The notes: generated by a model from the sequence alone, not told the origin. A DNA stretch of 64,000 nucleotides from a candidate division WWE3 bacterium CSP1-7 (GCA_001443395.1 LDXK01000001.1:158313-222312); one strand, 5' to 3'. Shown: positions 47,568-57,857, counted from the stretch's first letter. Translations and numbers: made by a program.

Positions 47568-47789
47568 ATGGATTGGCTCGGAATGACGCTGACTTTCGTG
47601 AGCACCTACCTGCTCGCCAGAAAGAATCGATGGGGCTGGGCCATTAACTGGGCCGCCTGCTTGGTTTGGATGGTTTATGCGATCTGGATCGCCCACTCCA
47701 TCCCGATTGTGATCCTGAATGTGGTCTTGATTGTTACCTCGGTGCGCGGCTTCCGCAACTGGGGAACCGGCCCGGCCAAGTCCGCTTAG
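47568..47789 (+). CDS. Half-size (3-TM) PnuC/SemiSWEET-like membrane protein A
   Basis: MDWLG..LT....YLL..KNRWGW...GFRNW; strong RBS. Confidence 0.7.
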   Translation: MDWLGMTLTFVSTYLLARKNRWGWAINWAACLVWMVYAIWIAHSIPIVILNVVLIVTSVRGFRNWGTGPAKSA

Positions 47790-47799
47790 GGAGGTGGAG

Positions 47800-48015
47800 A
47801 TGGATTGGATTGCCGCAGTACTCACGGCGGCCGGGTCTTTTTTGCTCTCAAAGAGATGGCGGTACGGTTGGCTTCTCTCCGGAATTGCCAATCTGCTTTG
47901 GATGGCCTACGCGATTTGGTGGGCGCACTCGGTCCCGCTCGCGGTGTTGAACGTCTTCATGGTCACCAACGCCATTCGCGGCTTTCGCAACTGGAAGAAG
48001 GGACAGGTGCTCTAA
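47800..48015 (+). CDS. Half-size (3-TM) PnuC/SemiSWEET-like membrane protein B
   Basis: Paralog of A: MDWIA..LT....LL..RWRYGW...GFRNW; GGAGGTG RBS. Confidence 0.7.
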   Translation: MDWIAAVLTAAGSFLLSKRWRYGWLLSGIANLLWMAYAIWWAHSVPLAVLNVFMVTNAIRGFRNWKKGQVL

Positions 48016-48116
48016 CTTAAGGCCCGCGCCTCACCGCCGGGCTTTTATTTTTGCGAAGCAAAAAATAGGTCATTTCGTTGGCCGTCTATTCGAGTGTTAA
48101 ACTTTTTCTGGATAAT

Positions 48117-49283
48117 ATGGCAAAACCGTTGGCGGAGCTGATCCGCCCTCAAACCCTGAAAGAATTCATCGGCCAAGAACACCTCGTCGGCAAGAACAGA
48201 CCAGTCGCTCTCGCCATTAAGGACAAAAAAATTCATTCAATGATTCTTTGGGGACCGCCGGGCTGCGGCAAAACCACCATCGCCAGAGTCATCGCCAACG
48301 AAATCGGTGGCCAATTCTTCGGTCTCTCCGCCGTTTCCGCCGGAAAAGAAGATGTGAAGAAAATCGTCAAAATCGCCCAAACTCTCCCGACGGGAAAAAC
48401 GGTTCTCTTCCTCGATGAAATTCATCGCTTCAATAAAGCCCAACAGGATTATCTGCTTCCCTATGTTGAAGATGGCACTCTCACCTTCATCGGCGCGACC
48501 ACCGAAAACCCCAGCTTCGAAGTGATCTCCCCCCTCCTCTCCCGCTGTCAGGTCTTTGTCTTGGAACCGCTGACGGAGGATAATTTGCGCGAAGTGGTCC
48601 GACGGGGACTGAAAGAACTTAAGGTTACCCACCTGGCCAAAGACGCCGAAGATTTTCTGGTTCAATTCGCCAACGGAGATGCCCGTCAAGCCTTGAATCT
48701 GCTCGAAGCGACCACGCACCTCTATAAGGAGACCAACCTTGCAAATCTCAAGAACGCTCTGCAGAGCAAACTTCTCCGCTACGACCAGCTCGGCGAGGAA
48801 CACTACAACACCATCAGCGCTTTCATCAAATCGATGCGAGCGAGCGACCCCGACGCCGCTCTCTATTATCTCGCTCGAATGGTGGCCGCCGGCGAGGATC
48901 CGCTCTTCATCGCCCGGAGAATGGTGGTCTTCGCTTCCGAGGATGTCGGCATGGCTCAGCCGACGGCATTGGTCGTTGCCAACGAGGTCTTCCGCGCTTG
49001 CGAAACGATCGGTTACCCGGAGTGCCAAGAAAATCTTGCCCACGGTGCGGTCTATCTCGCCCTCGCGAAAAAGGATCGCTCTGCTTACGACGCCTATATG
49101 GAGGCATTAAGCGATGTTAAAAAGTACGGCAACTTGCCTGTTCCGCTCCAAATCCGCAACGCCCCAACCAACCTGATGAAAGAACTTGGTTACGGAAAGG
49201 GTTACGAAAAATACCCGAAAGAAAGTCTCCTGCCGGAAAAAATTAAGAGCAAAAAGTACCTCCGAAAAAAACAGGAACCATAA
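48117..49283 (+). CDS. rarA: Replication-associated recombination protein A
   Basis: PLAE..RP, GPPGCGKTT, DEIHRFNK, SAFIKS.R. Confidence 0.95.
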   Translation: MAKPLAELIRPQTLKEFIGQEHLVGKNRPVALAIKDKKIHSMILWGPPGCGKTTIARVIANEIGGQFFGLSAVSAGKEDVKKIVKIAQTLPTGKTVLFLDEIHRFNKAQQDYLLPYVEDGTLTFIGATTENPSFEVISPLLSRCQVFVLEPLTEDNLREVVRRGLKELKVTHLAKDAEDFLVQFANGDARQALNLLEATTHLYKETNLANLKNALQSKLLRYDQLGEEHYNTISAFIKSMRASDPDAALYYLARMVAAGEDPLFIARRMVVFASEDVGMAQPTALVVANEVFRACETIGYPECQENLAHGAVYLALAKKDRSAYDAYMEALSDVKKYGNLPVPLQIRNAPTNLMKELGYGKGYEKYPKESLLPEKIKSKKYLRKKQEP

Positions 49284-49349
49284 TCCGATTTTCTTGATTT
49301 CCGCGAGAAACACTCCATAATAAAAGCACCAATTAAATAAGGAGGAGAG

Positions 49350-50105
49350 ATGGCCAAGCGCGATCAGCGCCACCCGTCTTTGCGGGGCTACCAAGTTTCC
49401 CGCTGGCTGAAACGCGGGATCCTCAAGGTTGACCAGCTGGAAGGCACTCGGATCTTGGTGGTGCGCGAAGCTGTCCGCGTTCGCTTGACGGCGCGGCACC
49501 GTACCACACTCTCGCAGGGAATCTTTCTGGTCCCCCGCTGGACCCCCGTCCCCGCTACGGATCTGGAAAAACTGGAAAAGCTTAGCCCAGCGGATAAGGG
49601 CGAGCACGGGCTGATTCGGCACCGCGGAATGGATCTGCTCCTGATCTACCAACAGGTGGAGGACCTCGATCATGTCATCCGCCAGCAGGAGCACATCCTC
49701 CGGGACCGGGAACACACCGTCTTCTTCGAGAGCGTGATTCGCCCCCACATCGTCGGCCGCGCTCGAGCGGCGGAGGCCCTGAAGCGCATTCGCGGAGCTG
49801 ATCTCAAGCACACCCGCGAGACCTATCTTGGGAACGTGCGGGATGCACTAGAACACCCGGAGCGGTTTTTTGATCCAAGAAAACCGCCGCAAACTCTGGA
49901 TCCCAAAAAGATTGAGGGCTTGCTCCGCTATCTTGACGGCCTCGTTGATGGCCTGAACAGCTTGATGGAACGGCCCTACGTTACCGCTCGCAAAAAGGCC
50001 CAGCGCTCCATCCGCTGCACTCAGAAGTGGATCCGGAAAAACGAGTTCGAGAAAGCCGCCGGAATGATCCGCCGGGCTCAGGAACATTTGCGCCAACTAC
50101 CTTGA
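49350..50105 (+). CDS. Hypothetical basic protein
   Basis: AAGGAGG RBS, TTGATT/CATAAT promoter-like hexamers, 251 aa. Confidence 0.65.
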   Translation: MAKRDQRHPSLRGYQVSRWLKRGILKVDQLEGTRILVVREAVRVRLTARHRTTLSQGIFLVPRWTPVPATDLEKLEKLSPADKGEHGLIRHRGMDLLLIYQQVEDLDHVIRQQEHILRDREHTVFFESVIRPHIVGRARAAEALKRIRGADLKHTRETYLGNVRDALEHPERFFDPRKPPQTLDPKKIEGLLRYLDGLVDGLNSLMERPYVTARKKAQRSIRCTQKWIRKNEFEKAAGMIRRAQEHLRQLP

Positions 50106-50119
50106 GGTAAAATGGGAGT

Positions 50120-50191
50120 GGCGCGGTGGCCGAGGGGAGAGGCCGGCGGGGTGCAACCCGTTGCAGGAAGGTTCGAATCCTTCCCGCGCCT
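50120..50191 (+). tRNA. Atypical tRNA-Cys-like gene
   Basis: GGCGCGG/CCGCGCC acceptor, GAAGG-TTCGAAT-CCTTC T-arm, U73, TGCA in a non-7-nt anticodon loop, CCT not CCA. Confidence 0.7.
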
Positions 50192-50208
50192 CCTGAAAGG
50201 AGAGGAGC

Positions 50209-50469
50209 ATGAGCAGAGTTGTGCCTTGCTGGGTCAGGAATCGTGGTCGACAGCGAGAACGGCAGCGGCCGCTCCACATCGGCCAAAGGATCCGGCACGA
50301 GAGCGGCGTTACCGTCGAGATCGTGAACGGCCAGTTCTTGGGTGGCTATGGGAGGATCTCGAACTTTTGGCACTGGCGCGAAGTTCTTCCGGACGGGCGT
50401 TTTGGCCGGAAGGGGCACGGATACGGATTCGTCAAGAACGGCGTCCTCACCGGCGGAGAATGGGAGTGA
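50209..50469 (+). CDS. Hypothetical protein
   Basis: AGGAGAGGAG RBS, followed by terminator. Confidence 0.65.
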   Translation: MSRVVPCWVRNRGRQRERQRPLHIGQRIRHESGVTVEIVNGQFLGGYGRISNFWHWREVLPDGRFGRKGHGYGFVKNGVLTGGEWE

Positions 50470-50479
50470 CGTTCACCAA

Positions 50480-50509
50480 CCCTGGTATCAAAAATACCGG
50501 GGTTTTTTT
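50480..50509 (+). terminator. Intrinsic terminator
   Basis: CCCTGGTAT-CAAAA-ATACCGGGG then T7. Confidence 0.7.
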
Positions 50510-50557
50510 GCGCAAAAAAAAAAACGCTCTGGCGATTGGCCAAAGCGTTCTTGTTCA

Positions 50558-52291
50558 TTAGTTGAAACCCCCTACAAAATCGTCATCGAAGTTATGGAAG
50601 TCGGCGTAGCTGTTCCGAAGAGCTAACAGCTGCGCCTGCTCCACCGCGAAATCCGGCGGGGTCGTCACCAGCGAAATCGTAAAGACCAGACGAGCATCCG
50701 CCGGTTGTCTCCGGTGCCGCGACGGAGCGGCCGGATCAATCGGGTCCTCGTCCGGAATCACCGCCGCTCCGAAGGATAGATAGAGCGGGGGCGAACTCTC
50801 CGCCACTCGGAAGCGGTAATCGGCGTTTTCGAAGTAGTCGGCCGGATGGCCGAGAACGAAACCGACCGTCGCGTCGGAGTTCAATTTCGTGATTGCCGGG
50901 TCGAGCGGATTCTCCGCGTACTGGATATCCGGCTCGTGCCGAAACCGCATCACCACATCCGTATACCCCAGCGACTCCGCCAGAAAGATGGTTTTGGAGA
51001 GCGTCGAGACCGAGGCACATACTCCCCCCGCGAGAAGAAACCCGCCGGTCAGAAACTCCCCCGCGTTTCGGTCGACGATCCCGGTCATCTCGAGGTAGGA
51101 GTAGGTCTCCCCCGGCACCAGCGGTCCGTTTTCCTCCTGCCAGCGCGAGAGCTCGGCCAGCGCCGTCAGGATGTTGTAGATCTTGCTCGGATAGATTCTG
51201 GTTCTGTCGGTGAAAGCGTAGGTCGCCACAATCCCCGCGGCCGGTTTGCCCATCAGCACCCCATTCCAATGGGAGGGGGGCTGACCGTAATCCCCGTAGC
51301 CGACCACCACCTTCATCAGCGTCGGCTGGAGTCCGGTAACGTGCGGAACATCCGCCACCCAGGGAACAGGCCCCATCGGCCGAAACTCGCTCGGAACCTG
51401 CAGACCGGGTTCGGGATGGATCGGGGGAAGGATATCAAGAGGAACTTCGGAGAGTACCGTCCAGACCGGAGCGAATTGCTCGTTCACCGAAAAAACCGCT
51501 TCACCGATCGGATTGCCTCCTCGTGTCAGCTGTTCAATTAGAACCGGAGCGTCTCTGGTCCAGAAGACCGGCAGAGAATCGAGAGGCCGCTCTTGACCTT
51601 GAACCAGCCAATCATCGGCGACGAATTCCGGTGAAAACGCCGGATAGTCGGTGAGTAGAGCGACGGGATCGAGATAGCGCTGGGCCTGATACCATCGCGG
51701 CGCCATGTGGGGATACCACCACGGGTCGGCCAATAAGCCGGTGTAGCGCTCCTCAAAGGTGAGGCGAGTAGCAACATCAAGGTGAAGGTGGGGTGAACCC
51801 GAATCCCAACCACTCTTCCCCACGTGGCCAACCAACGTTCCGGCGGAATAAAACTCGCCCGGAACCACCGTCCAATCCAAAAGGTGGGCATAACGGGGGT
51901 AAACCAGGCTGCCATCCGGGATTTTGCAGGAGAAAATCGCAATCCTCCCCAGTTCCCGAGAACGGCCATCGCCGGTGAAAACCGCAAAGCAATCCAGGAT
52001 AAGGTAGGCCGGGGCGCCCAGGTCTTCGTCTCCCTCGCCGATGTTAAAATCGGTTCCCAGATGCCGTCCGCCGTCGGGCTGGCGCTGGTCATCGATCGTC
52101 GCCTGCAGATGGCGGTAGCCGCTGATCTCTTCCGGTAATCCCGTCAGCGGCCAGGAGGCCGAGGCGGAAGGGGATTCCGGAACGAGGTCCAAAACTCCAC
52201 TTCCCCCCGTTGGACCAGAAAGAGAGCCCAAGGGGGAAATTACCAGCAGAGCACTGAAAACGGCACTAAAAAGATTCGCCAGCGAATTCAT
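50558..52291 (-). CDS. Secreted M23 peptidase domain fused to VanW-like domain
   Basis: HLGTD, YAHL, PHLH; GGVCASVSTL...H...DATV. Confidence 0.7.
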   Translation of the reverse strand: MNSLANLFSAVFSALLVISPLGSLSGPTGGSGVLDLVPESPSASASWPLTGLPEEISGYRHLQATIDDQRQPDGGRHLGTDFNIGEGDEDLGAPAYLILDCFAVFTGDGRSRELGRIAIFSCKIPDGSLVYPRYAHLLDWTVVPGEFYSAGTLVGHVGKSGWDSGSPHLHLDVATRLTFEERYTGLLADPWWYPHMAPRWYQAQRYLDPVALLTDYPAFSPEFVADDWLVQGQERPLDSLPVFWTRDAPVLIEQLTRGGNPIGEAVFSVNEQFAPVWTVLSEVPLDILPPIHPEPGLQVPSEFRPMGPVPWVADVPHVTGLQPTLMKVVVGYGDYGQPPSHWNGVLMGKPAAGIVATYAFTDRTRIYPSKIYNILTALAELSRWQEENGPLVPGETYSYLEMTGIVDRNAGEFLTGGFLLAGGVCASVSTLSKTIFLAESLGYTDVVMRFRHEPDIQYAENPLDPAITKLNSDATVGFVLGHPADYFENADYRFRVAESSPPLYLSFGAAVIPDEDPIDPAAPSRHRRQPADARLVFTISLVTTPPDFAVEQAQLLALRNSYADFHNFDDDFVGGFN

Positions 52292-52431
52292 CTCTTCTCC
52301 TTTTCGATATTAGGTTTTGAATTGCTCGGGAGATTAACATGATACCACTACCATCCCCTGCGGGAAATCAGTCCCCCCTGGATTCTTCAGATAATCGTGC
52401 TATCATATCCAAAGAATGGGGGTGATGATAT

Positions 52432-52734
52432 ATGGCTAAAAGATTATTCGTAGGAGGACTTCCTTACAGCGTTGACAATTCTAAGTTGGAGCAGATGTTT
52501 TCTGAGGTAGGAATTGTGTCTTCGGCAACCGTGATTACTGACCGGGAAACTGGACAGAGCAAGGGTTTCGGTTTTGTCGAATTCGAGAAGGATGCAGACG
52601 CCGATGAGGCGATCAAGAAGTTAAACGACACCGAAGTTGACGGCAGAAAGATTGTCGTGAACGTGGCACGTCCGCGAGAAGAACGCCCCCGGTTTGATAA
52701 CCGCGGTGGTGGAGGCGGAGGCGGTCGCTGGTAA
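52432..52734 (+). CDS. RRM RNA-binding protein
   Basis: LFVGGL, KGFGFVEF, Gly-rich tail. Confidence 0.93.
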   Translation: MAKRLFVGGLPYSVDNSKLEQMFSEVGIVSSATVITDRETGQSKGFGFVEFEKDADADEAIKKLNDTEVDGRKIVVNVARPREERPRFDNRGGGGGGGRW

Positions 52735-52805
52735 CCCACACCACTCCTTAAGATCATTCGATCCAGATTTAACCACCCCGAAAGGGTTGCGGTTATTTCT
52801 GTTTG

Positions 52806-53081
52806 TTAACGGAGATCACCTTCGATATCAAAATCAACTGGAGGTTCCGATTTTGGGGAACTTTCTTCCGGAGGGGTTAGACGTTGGACGCGGGCGATGG
52901 TCCCGTCCTCAAACACCACTTTAATCCCGCGGGAGTGAACGGGCGCTCCGGTCAGAATCCGTTTGACTACTCCCTCGGTCAGATCCTCGGTCCCGTAGTT
53001 CCGCTTCTCGATCGCCCAAACTCGCTGGCCGATTTTTATTTCGCTTCTTGCTGGAACTTCGGAATTTTCAGAATCCCTCAT
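52806..53081 (-). CDS. YwbE-family protein
   Basis: LTEGVVKRILT....H.RGIKV. Confidence 0.8.
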   Translation of the reverse strand: MRDSENSEVPARSEIKIGQRVWAIEKRNYGTEDLTEGVVKRILTGAPVHSRGIKVVFEDGTIARVQRLTPPEESSPKSEPPVDFDIEGDLR

Positions 53082-53362
53082 CTTTCAAAAACCCTCCGCA
53101 ATTCCTCTTTGGCGCACGTTAATATTTCCTTTCGATCCGGGGGAAGATTTTTGCCGGAACGGTTGATATAAAAATTGAGCATCGACATCGCCGATTGGAA
53201 AGGCAGAACCTTTCTCCGCAAACTGGATTCCGCCGATCTCTTTAGGGAAAGGGCAATCTTTTTGGGATTGTCCCACGTAAAAACTCCCGCTTCCAAATCT
53301 AATGCATTGCTGCGCCGGGACGCTTCCGCCGACCACATCTTCCTTCTGTTCGCTTGAACCAT
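53078..53362 (-). CDS. DUF3175-family protein
   Basis: SNALDLE.GVF, SAMSMLNFYINR.G.NL. Confidence 0.8.
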   Translation of the reverse strand: MVQANRRKMWSAEASRRSNALDLEAGVFTWDNPKKIALSLKRSAESSLRRKVLPFQSAMSMLNFYINRSGKNLPPDRKEILTCAKEELRRVFER

Positions 53363-53369
53363 CTGTACT

Positions 53370-53876
53370 TTAGCGGATACCGGTGTCGATATTGATCGTT
53401 AGCTCGGTGATTTCCCCGGCCCTCACCGTGACCGTCTGCGGCAACTCGCTAGCGCATCCCAACCAATCGCAATCCTTGAGAGTGATCTGGTAGGTCCCGG
53501 GAGCAAGATTGGCGACCGAAAAGCTCCCGTCGGAGGAGAGGTCGCCTGTGGTCTTTTTACCTGACTGAGATTCCAAGATAATTTGATTGGAAGAAAAATC
53601 CAAAGGATTTGCATCGCAGGGCTCCACCGGACAGAGCGGGCCGACGGATACTTTTCCGGTGACGGTACCGGTCTCCCCCGGACAGAGAGCGAATTCGCAT
53701 TTGGGACCGGTGCGGCCGACGGCAGAGCCGTCGGCACAGACCTTTGCTTCTTCAGTGCAGGCCATCGGCTCCGGCTCAAACCATAATTTCCACCCCACCC
53801 AACCGGCAGCCAAAAGAAGAAAGGCGATCACCGTCGTAAAAACAATCTTTCTTTTCACTGGCTTCATTCTACGCAA
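53370..53876 (-). CDS. Membrane-anchored Cys-rich module + beta-sandwich protein
   Basis: CTEEAKVCADGSAVGRTGPKCEFALCP; GPLCPVE; DTGIR end. Confidence 0.7.
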   Translation of the reverse strand: MRRMKPVKRKIVFTTVIAFLLLAAGWVGWKLWFEPEPMACTEEAKVCADGSAVGRTGPKCEFALCPGETGTVTGKVSVGPLCPVEPCDANPLDFSSNQIILESQSGKKTTGDLSSDGSFSVANLAPGTYQITLKDCDWLGCASELPQTVTVRAGEITELTINIDTGIR

Positions 53877-53888
53877 AAAGCGGGAAAG

Positions 53889-54338
53889 CTACTGGCAGCT
53901 TTCCGTCACGACCTTCTCCTGAGCGTCGTACAGCTTGAAGCAGCTCTTGTCACCCTGCGTGTAGCTCTCCATTGATTTTACGTACTGTCCGCCGGTTGCC
54001 GCACTTGAAGTCCAGGCGATGTAGTAACCGCCGGTCCCGACACCGTAGCAGTACTTCATCTTTTCATTATCACCGGTGTTTTCCCAGGTACCGCAGCAGA
54101 GGCGTTGAGAGCTTCCTCCCAAGGAGTGATTCTCGTAACCCGTGATCTTATATTCGATTCCGCCGGCGTTCCAATATCCCCCGACCGGGCACTCCGCTGA
54201 TCCGGCGGTCGCGTCTTCTCCACCGGGAGTAGTGGCGTCTTCTCCGACACCGCCGCGATTCTTAAGATACGTCCAACCTCCCCAAGCCAAACCCAAAACC
54301 ACAACGACGGCGAGCGGAAGTAAAAGTTTCTTGTTCAT
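53889..54338 (-). CDS. Exported Cys-containing hypothetical protein
   Basis: N-terminal TM, 6 Cys, RBS. Confidence 0.7.
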   Translation of the reverse strand: MNKKLLLPLAVVVVLGLAWGGWTYLKNRGGVGEDATTPGGEDATAGSAECPVGGYWNAGGIEYKITGYENHSLGGSSQRLCCGTWENTGDNEKMKYCYGVGTGGYYIAWTSSAATGGQYVKSMESYTQGDKSCFKLYDAQEKVVTESCQ

Positions 54339-54428
54339 CGATTAATCACCACCTTGTTGATCTTAATTTAACAAAACCGAGTATCTAAAAAAGAAAAAGA
54401 GCCCGTTGGGAAACGGACTCTGGCAAAC

Positions 54429-54698
54429 TCAACCAAGCTGGATGAGCATCATGAAGCTGTTGGTGGATCCCTGATCGAACAGGTCGTTGATCACCTGCTC
54501 CTCGGAAACCTTCCGGCGCTCGGCGATCGATTGGATCTGGGAATACAGCATGTCCCAAACGGAATCGTCATCGGCCGCCGGAACCATTGAAGCCCACTCC
54601 ACGATCTCTCCCTCCAGCAAACGCCCCCTCACCGGATCGCGCTCTTTGAGGTCCTTGAGCTTCCGCAAAAAAAGCGCGTTCGACTCGGATTCGCCCAC
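54429..54698 (-). CDS. Hypothetical protein
   Basis: GAGG RBS, follows upstream ORF closely. Confidence 0.55.
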   Translation of the reverse strand: MGESESNALFLRKLKDLKERDPVRGRLLEGEIVEWASMVPAADDDSVWDMLYSQIQSIAERRKVSEEQVINDLFDQGSTNSFMMLIQLG

Positions 54699-54700
54699 GG

Positions 54701-54985
54701 CTACCTCCTCTCGCGCGATCGAAGCCTCTCTTTGATCTCTTCTGGAGAAAGCGGGAAAGTGGATTCCACCATTCTCGTCACCCGCTCATCGTGAATGAGG
54801 GCATTGACGATCGCGGTCAAAATGAGAAACACCCCGACCACGATCAACACCGTCACCCAGCTCGGAACCGCCGGAAACCACAGGAACAGAATGGCTCCCC
54901 CCACTCCGACAAGAATTCCTCCGATTGTTCCCATCAAAGCCACGGCAAGCGTCACCTCAATCGCGGGAATCAGCTTCTTGGGCAC
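54701..54985 (-). CDS. Hypothetical 2-TM protein
   Basis: AGGAG RBS, two hydrophobic helices. Confidence 0.6.
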   Translation of the reverse strand: MPKKLIPAIEVTLAVALMGTIGGILVGVGGAILFLWFPAVPSWVTVLIVVGVFLILTAIVNALIHDERVTRMVESTFPLSPEEIKERLRSRERR

Positions 54986-55054
54986 GTCCCTCTCCTTTCC
55001 CTCTTCTTTCAGATTTGGTGACTAAATGATAGCACTGCCGCGCGAGCGGAACGC

Positions 55055-55633
55055 TCAAGACCACTTTTTCAAAAAATTCAGAATAACGGGGAGTTGGGTG
55101 ACGCCGTCATCGGCGTTGAAGTGGCCCCGAGCCTGCTCCACCACAATTTCCGCGCCGAGATTTTCCGAGAAAGTTTTCCGGTTGGGTTCCAGTGGAACCC
55201 AGGGGTCGTTGTCGGAAAAAACAGCGGCGAAGTGTTTGGCTTGGCCTTTGATCTTCCCAAAATCAAGCGGGGTTTCTTCCCAAGGACGGGCGACCGGTTT
55301 CTCCTCTTTGATCAAGCCATTCAGCTTCCCCGTAAATCCCGCTACCAGAATCACCCCACCGGCAACCTGATCCGGCGGTAGGGTCCGCAAAAATCTAAGT
55401 ATCGTCTGGCACCCCATACTGTGCCCAACGAAGAAAGTTTCTCCATCAACCTTCCCGACCAAATTGGCCAAAAACGGAACCCAAGTTTCGATTTTGGGAG
55501 TGAGAGGATCAGGGAGCTGTGGAGCAACGACGGCAAAACCATGCTCTTCCAGTTCTTTCTTGAGCCAGGGGAACCAATTTCTATCAGGACTCCCGTCCCA
55601 GCCGTGAATTAGAAAAACGCGCTTCATCGCCAA
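55055..55633 (-). CDS. RBBP9/YdeN alpha/beta hydrolase
   Basis: IHGW, WFPWL, GHSMG, SDNDP, GHF. Confidence 0.9.
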   Translation of the reverse strand: MAMKRVFLIHGWDGSPDRNWFPWLKKELEEHGFAVVAPQLPDPLTPKIETWVPFLANLVGKVDGETFFVGHSMGCQTILRFLRTLPPDQVAGGVILVAGFTGKLNGLIKEEKPVARPWEETPLDFGKIKGQAKHFAAVFSDNDPWVPLEPNRKTFSENLGAEIVVEQARGHFNADDGVTQLPVILNFLKKWS

Positions 55634-55658
55634 TTTAAGAATAGCTTAAAAGGAGGTG

Positions 55659-57293
55659 CTAAAAACCGTCCATTCCGCCGGGGGGCATGGCGGGGTTAGC
55701 GGGTTTGTCCTTCTCAGGAAGATCGGTGATTAGGGCTTCGGTGGTGAGGACCATCACCGCGACGGAAGCGGCGTTTTGAAGGGCGGAGCGGGTCACTTTA
55801 GCGGGATCAATGATTCCTTTTTTGACGAGGTCACCGAACTCGCCGACTAGCGCATCCCAACCGTAGGTCGCAGCGCCTTCGCCGCTCTTCTTATCAACCT
55901 CGGCAACAACATAGCCCGCATCGCTGCCGGCGTTGGCGACAATCGCCCGAACCGGCTTATCCAACGCGTCGTGGACGATCTTGTAGCCGGTCGCAATATC
56001 GCCGTCCTTCTTGGCAGAATCCAAAACTCGGCGGGCGCGTAGGAGCGCGACGCCTCCGCCGACGACCACTCCCTCTTCCAACGCGGCCCGAGTCGCCTCG
56101 TAGGCGTCGGTGACGCGGTGCTTCTTCTCTTTCATTTCGACTTCGGTCGCGGCCCCAACGGAAACAACGGCGACTCCGCCGGAGAGTTTGGCGAGTCGTT
56201 CCTCCATTTTTTCCTTGTCGTAATCGGAGGTGACTTTTTCGATCTGCTTCTTGAGCGATTCGATCCGGCCGTTAATCTCGCCCTTCTTACCGTGTCCGCC
56301 GATGATGAGCGATTCTTCTTTGCCGGCAATTACCCGATCGGCCGAACCAAGATCTTCGACCGTGACCGAATCCAGCTTCCGACCGGTCTCTTCGGAAATG
56401 AAGTTGGCACCGGTCAGAACCGCGATGTCCTGGAGCATCTCTTTCCGGCGGTCGCCGAAGCCGGGAGCCTTGATTGCAATCACGTTGATTGTGCCGCGGA
56501 GCTTGTTAACGATCAGAGTCGCCAGCGCCTCCCCATCGATGTCGTCAGCAATGAAAACCAGATCCTTGGAAACTTTTACGACCCCTTCCAGCAGCGGGAG
56601 TAGGTCATTCATTGAGGACAATTTGGCGTCAGTTACGAGAACATGAGGACTATCAACCACCGCCTCCAACCGTTCAGAATCGGTGATGAAGTAGGGAGAG
56701 GCGTAGCCCTTGTCGAGGACCATTCCGTCCTTGTACTCGACGCTAGTTTCCATTCCCTTGCCCTCTTCGACGGTGACCACCCCGTCGTCGCCAACCTTCT
56801 CAAACGCCTCGGCGATCAAGGAACCGATCGCGGGGTCCTGGGCGGAGATCGTCGCAATCTGGGCTTTCTCCTCTTTGGTCTTGATCGGCTTCGCCATCTT
56901 TTTGACCTGATCGATCACCAGATCGACGGCCTCTTCGATCCCCCGCTTGAGGAGCATCGGATTCGCTCCGGCGGCGATCGCCTTCATTCCTTCGGTCACA
57001 ATCTGCTGAGCGAGAAGGGTAGCGGTGGTGGTGCCGTCGCCGGCGACATCGTTTGTTTTGGAAGCGGCCTCTTGCACCAACTGGGCGCCCATATTCTCGA
57101 AGGGATCTTCGAGCTCAATCTCTTTAGCAACGGTCACCCCGTCGTGGACGACGTTCGGCGCACCCCACTTTTTATCAAGGGCGACGTTCCGACCCTTCGG
57201 TCCCAGGGTGGTCACGACCGCTCTCGCGAGCTTGTCGATACCGGCCTTCATTTTTTCGCGGGCTTCTTCCGCGTAGACGATTTGTTTTGCCAT
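55659..57293 (-). CDS. groL: Chaperonin GroEL
   Basis: [25 protein letters not shown]. Confidence 0.98.
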   Translation of the reverse strand: MAKQIVYAEEAREKMKAGIDKLARAVVTTLGPKGRNVALDKKWGAPNVVHDGVTVAKEIELEDPFENMGAQLVQEAASKTNDVAGDGTTTATLLAQQIVTEGMKAIAAGANPMLLKRGIEEAVDLVIDQVKKMAKPIKTKEEKAQIATISAQDPAIGSLIAEAFEKVGDDGVVTVEEGKGMETSVEYKDGMVLDKGYASPYFITDSERLEAVVDSPHVLVTDAKLSSMNDLLPLLEGVVKVSKDLVFIADDIDGEALATLIVNKLRGTINVIAIKAPGFGDRRKEMLQDIAVLTGANFISEETGRKLDSVTVEDLGSADRVIAGKEESLIIGGHGKKGEINGRIESLKKQIEKVTSDYDKEKMEERLAKLSGGVAVVSVGAATEVEMKEKKHRVTDAYEATRAALEEGVVVGGGVALLRARRVLDSAKKDGDIATGYKIVHDALDKPVRAIVANAGSDAGYVVAEVDKKSGEGAATYGWDALVGEFGDLVKKGIIDPAKVTRSALQNAASVAVMVLTTEALITDLPEKDKPANPAMPPGGMDGF

Positions 57294-57586
57294 TATTCAA
57301 TCACGGCGAGGATATCATCTGCCGAAACCATTAGATAGTCCTTCCCTTCGATCTTAATCTCGTCGCCGCCATAACGCTTGTAGAGAATGCGGTCGCCCAC
57401 TTTGACCTGGGGTTTGACCGTTTCCCCCTTCTCGGTTTTGCCGGGGCCGACGGCAACAACTTTACCCTCTTGGGGTTTTTCCTTGGCGGTATCGGGAATC
57501 ACAATGCCGGATGGAAGCTGCTGTTCCCTTTCCATCGGTTCGATTAGAACATTGTCTAGTAGGGGTCGGATGCTGATTTTTGTCAT
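57293..57586 (-). CDS. groS: Co-chaperonin GroES
   Basis: [24 protein letters not shown]. Confidence 0.97.
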   Translation of the reverse strand: MTKISIRPLLDNVLIEPMEREQQLPSGIVIPDTAKEKPQEGKVVAVGPGKTEKGETVKPQVKVGDRILYKRYGGDEIKIEGKDYLMVSADDILAVIE

Positions 57587-57695
57587 CGTTAGTGTATCTT
57601 CTGAAATGACGCGATCTTAGAATCGCTAGCTTTTTAGCTATCGCTAAAAAGTAAAGGCCCTCTCGCAGGCAGGGCTTTGGGCAGGGGCCTAGGCC

Positions 57696-57725
57696 ATTGT
57701 AGGGGCACCCTCCCCGTTTTGTCAA
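57696..57725 (-). promoter_or_regulatory. Sigma70-type promoter for groES-groEL
   Basis: TTGACA-N18-TACAAT on minus strand. Confidence 0.6.
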
Positions 57726-57857
57726 GACCCCACAAAGCCGAGGGATGGCTCCCCTGTTTCGTAGAGAACCCGAAATAAGCACATCCCCGCTTTATCAAAC
57801 AAGTTATCGCAAAAAAGAAAAAACCGCTCGAGGTGAAAACCCCAAGCGGGTGGAAAC

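Noticed and set aside
43415-50120. Prophage or island bounded by the two tRNA-Cys genes
   Set aside because: The tRNAs are not direct repeats, no integrase is present, and the interval holds ordinary genes (msrAB, rarA)
57617-57650. CIRCE upstream of groES
   Set aside because: TTAG...CTAA symmetry exists but arm sequence and spacing do not fit the 9-9-9 consensus
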